Below, one piece after another: positions 60,751 through 64,000 of a stretch of DNA of 64,000 nt (positions within the stretch are counted from its first letter, which is position 1; each line of letters starts with the position of its first letter). Below the pieces are notes generated by a model that saw only the letters and a program-made list of their open reading frames with translations, had not been told where the DNA came from and did not search any database. The position numbers were made by a program, and so were the translations under genes. The stretch is from the NCBI GenBank assembly GCA_030704615.1, contig CM060731.1, forward strand, positions 35,898,001 to 35,962,000, given 5' to 3'. This DNA comes from Takakia lepidozioides. Lineage: Eukaryota > Plantae > Bryophyta.

Positions 60751-61815
60751 GTGCGGTTTAGGCCACCTTCACCTTCAGTGTCTTCTGAGGAAGGTTCAGA
60801 CTCGGAGTCAGGAGGATTCTCGCCGAGGGTGCAAGTCATTTCCGTGCCATTGTCGTGGGACACGATGGAGGAGATATATGGAGCTATCAAGGGGCCACGT
60901 AGGTACTCTGGAGCTGTGGGCACCATCGAGCTTGATGATTTCATACAGGAGTTTGATATTTGGCGTGATTTGCAGCAAATGTGCAATCCACAACTATTTA
61001 CGCCATTCATGGCGTGGAAGGGGCTATTCCAGCATCTTGAGGGGCCACCCATGGATGATTACCATGAATTTAGGCGGGGACATGCAGTGGAGATTGAGGA
61101 GTGATGAGAGTATTGGTCACCTAACTATGTCTCCATCACTAGAGGCACAAGGGTAGTGGCGACACCAGCAGCTACACAAACATCTCCAACTGCAAGCACT
61201 AGTAGTGGGACAAGTGGTACAGGAGCTGGGAAATCCACTCAAGCTCCTGCTGCAGCACCAGTACTCGTATCTGCCTTTAACCCAGTTGTGGAGTTCTTTG
61301 AGGAGTTGAGGAGAAACTACCAAGAGATAAGAATAGAGAAGTTGCGGAGCTTGCAAGAATTCCAACGAAGGTCTACTGAGAGTTTGAGGGAGGCTTACAC
61401 CCGCATGAGGCGCTTGATAAACGTAACCCAAGGGGTTACAGAAGCTCAGGCAGTCCAGTTCTGGTATAGGATCCTGGACAAGGAGTTGAGGAGAAGGGTG
61501 CGGGATGCAACTCTCCTACAAGTGGACCAACCCACCTTAGCAAAATGTGTTTTTGCTGGCAAAACGGATAGAGCTCAATATGGTGGAGGAGCGAGTGATT
61601 GTCGTGGGGTTTGGCAATAAGACACAACGAAGTGGGGCTCCTAGCCAACTACAACCACTATCCCAATGTGTTCAAGGCAACAAGGGGGCTCAGGTGAAGC
61701 CCAGGGAAGAACAGAGAGGATCTTAGATGCAGAGGTCTCTTCCTTCATTCTCAGACCAATAACAGTCGGGTGTGACTTGTTGGGATTGTGGAGGGCTCCA
61801 TGTCAAGAAGGATCT
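60751..61815 (+). pseudogene. Degenerate paralogue of the gag at 36070, truncated after the first Zn knuckle
   Basis: KGPRRYSGAVGTIELDDFIQEFD..FMAWKGLFQHLE..ESLREAYTRMRRLI..CWDCGGLHVKKD, with stops and frameshifts. Confidence 0.9.
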
Positions 61816-62289
61816 GCGGAAGGGATAGTCAGTATTGCACTGTTTAACAGAGTTCTTGATTCTAATAGCACTAGAACATACTAGCTACAACAATTCAGCC
61901 CATGTGTGGGCTTACTTGTTTTTTGCTGGGCCTTTTGAGGCATGGATTTTTTGACCTTGTGGCTTTTGAGGTGTCCATTGGGACATTGGTCTCATTTGGA
62001 TTTTTGTAATGTGATTTATAGGGCTTGTATTGCCCTGTAGTTGACTATTTTCATTCTCCTTGTGGTTGATAGTATGCAGGAGGGATCCATTTTGTTTTCA
62101 TGTTGGAATTTCACCATGTAAGGAAGAATTTAAATCATTTAATTCACTTTTATTTTAAATAATAATATTAAAAAAATACCATTTAAAAAAAAATCCAAGG
62201 TTGCAATCTCCCTGTTCTTTTAAATATTAAATGAAAACTAAAAAATAAAAAATAAACATTAAAAATATAAACTATTTCGGAAAACAATC

Positions 62290-62980
62290 TTGATGACATG
62301 TGGCATCACTCTTGCTCAAACCAGAACATGTGGCAGTATATGACACGACATTCTTTATCCATATTTTCACCACGTGTAAAGATCCGTAGTCATATATTTT
62401 GTCTGTGTGCCACATGTCACATCTCAAGTGCAACAGGTGTCCCGCTAACAACTCTCCATGTAGACATCCCTGTAGTCATATGAGCGAGTCATGTAGTCAC
62501 CACGTGTGAAATCTGCTATAGCACACATGTCCCGCTAGCGCCTCTCCATGTAGGCATCACTGTGCAGACATGTAGTCATATGATCATAGCAAGAAGTCGT
62601 GACATGTCAAATTCGCAGTGGCACACGTGTCCATCCGTCGCCTCTTCATGTAGGCATCACTTTGCAGACATATAGTCATATGATCCCCTGACGAATGCAT
62701 GACGTGTGCTGTGGCAGTGGCGCACGTGTCCCGCTGAAGCCTCTCCATGTAGGCAATGCTCAACAGACAATGTAGTCATATAGTTGTGACTGCAACCCTC
62801 TCTGCAGCAGGACTCCAGGTGCCACGCAAGCAGTCACGGATATGACTTGCAAAACGCAGTCCTAAAGACTAGTCGCTATGACAGGGCTTTTTTCACTACA
62901 GAGTGATGTAGTCATGAACGCATATAAGACTGAAAAAATAGTCATATGTGAAGTCATAAAAACGCTCATCTGTTGTAGTG
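62290..62980 (+). mobile_element. Second CACTA terminus of the same family as 45668
   Basis: Ends ATCTGTTGTAGTG at 62980, with tandem CACGTGTCCCGCT..CTCCATGTAG..TAGTCATATG subterminal repeats. Confidence 0.8.
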
Positions 62981-63481
62981 ATAGACACCCTTCAGCTTGG
63001 GATCAACGCATTGCTTTACTTTGTCCTCGCTCAACCTTGGTGTTGCCTGAAGAGTAATAAATACAAAAAGTTAGACAACCACCAATCTTTGATGTTCGCC
63101 TAATTCTACACAAGGTTGCAATGCTCCATGGATATGGCCAGAACAAATGTTTTGACGTGTCACTACACTAAATCTGCCCAAAGACCATATTAAACAACAG
63201 CAGGCCAACAATGGCATGCATGACTTGACCAAGACACAGATACATCCGCCAGGACTTAGCCTGTTTGACAGGGTTTGATGTTCCCATTAGAATCAGCCAA
63301 GAAGAAGCAGTTCAAACTTCTGAGGTGTTCCCTGAAGAGGTTTTCTACAAGAGTTTGATCTGGCACCTTGCCCCTTAAGGAAAGACAGAACAAAAAACTC
63401 AAATAATCCACTCAAATAATCCACTCAAGTCATCACTGCAAATCATCATGAGAGAGAGAGAGAGAGAGAAACATACACACC

Positions 63482-63605
63482 TGCAAGAAGTGCAGCGCTC
63501 AAGGGCTCACAAACTCGGTGGAGGTCCAGCTCCTCAACAGCTTTGAGCACATCCTCAGCATTTGATGGTTCTCGCTTTGATTCACGACATATTTCATTTG
63601 CTATG
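63482..63605 (-). pseudogene. Histone-fold fragment of the DPB4/CHRAC17/NF-YB family
   Basis: IANEICRESKREPSNAEDVLKAVEELDL..EPLSAAL followed by a GT donor resembles alpha2-alpha3 of DPB4/NF-YB. No N-terminal exon was recognised. Confidence 0.6.
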
Positions 63606-64000
63606 TGTTTACAGCAGAGAGACCCTTCCCTGGTGTGTTTATTGGTCCATCCTTTCTTTCCCTCCCCCTCCTCTCTTTCCCTCACACTTCTAGGAATTCA
63701 GATGGACGAACCCTGAAGGAGAACAATCCGTTCTAATTAATTTCCATTTAATGAAATCCCCCAAAAAGAGGGCAGATCGGCCAATTACTCCTTGAAGTTC
63801 AAATAAAGGATCACAATTTCTAGGGTTTATAGGGAGGTTTGGTTATGGCGACAGACAACAATTACAATCTAATCAATGTAAGATTAGGTTTTGATTGAAA
63901 TTGGGTTTAGCTTCAAGTAGATGTGGGACTTTTGCAAACCAGACACAAACCTGACATACCCTTCGTGCTCATGGAAAATCAATCATGGAGACTAATTGTG

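Noticed and set aside
45668-62980. A single giant CACTA bounded by the two ATCTGTTGTAGTG ends
   Set aside because: Both termini are in the same orientation, so they cannot be a TIR pair.

Overview
Eukaryotic nuclear DNA, most consistent with a bryophyte (moss-like) plant. This is inferred from GT-AG introns, a PLS-class PPR-DYW editing factor and the TE repertoire. The left third (~4-23 kb) is gene-rich. I reconstructed four genes exon by exon: (1) a SprT/Spartan-like gene whose HExxH motif reads HEMIR; (2) a VPS55/LEPROT-family gene; (3) a PPR-DYW gene that splices in frame to upstream exons encoding OSB-type 'PDF' motifs; (4) a 5-exon CYP72-clan P450. The rest is nested TE sequence. It includes an hAT MITE with an 8-bp TSD that holds a CACTA element carrying PPR fragments, a tRNA-derived SINE, LTR remnants, a truncated RPP1 retrocopy, and an internally deleted Ty3-like element with an intact Gag-PHD finger ORF. 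It also includes a CACTA TnpA-like gene with an embedded FCP1/NIF HAD-phosphatase domain, two TTAA-flanked piggyBac-like elements each with a related empty site in the window, and a pogo/Tigger transposase pseudogene. The strongest leads are the TE-encoded chromatin/phosphatase modules (Gag-PHD, TnpA-NIF), the PDF-PPR-DYW architecture and piggyBac-like elements in a land plant. All family assignments come from motif recognition by eye; no database searches were run.
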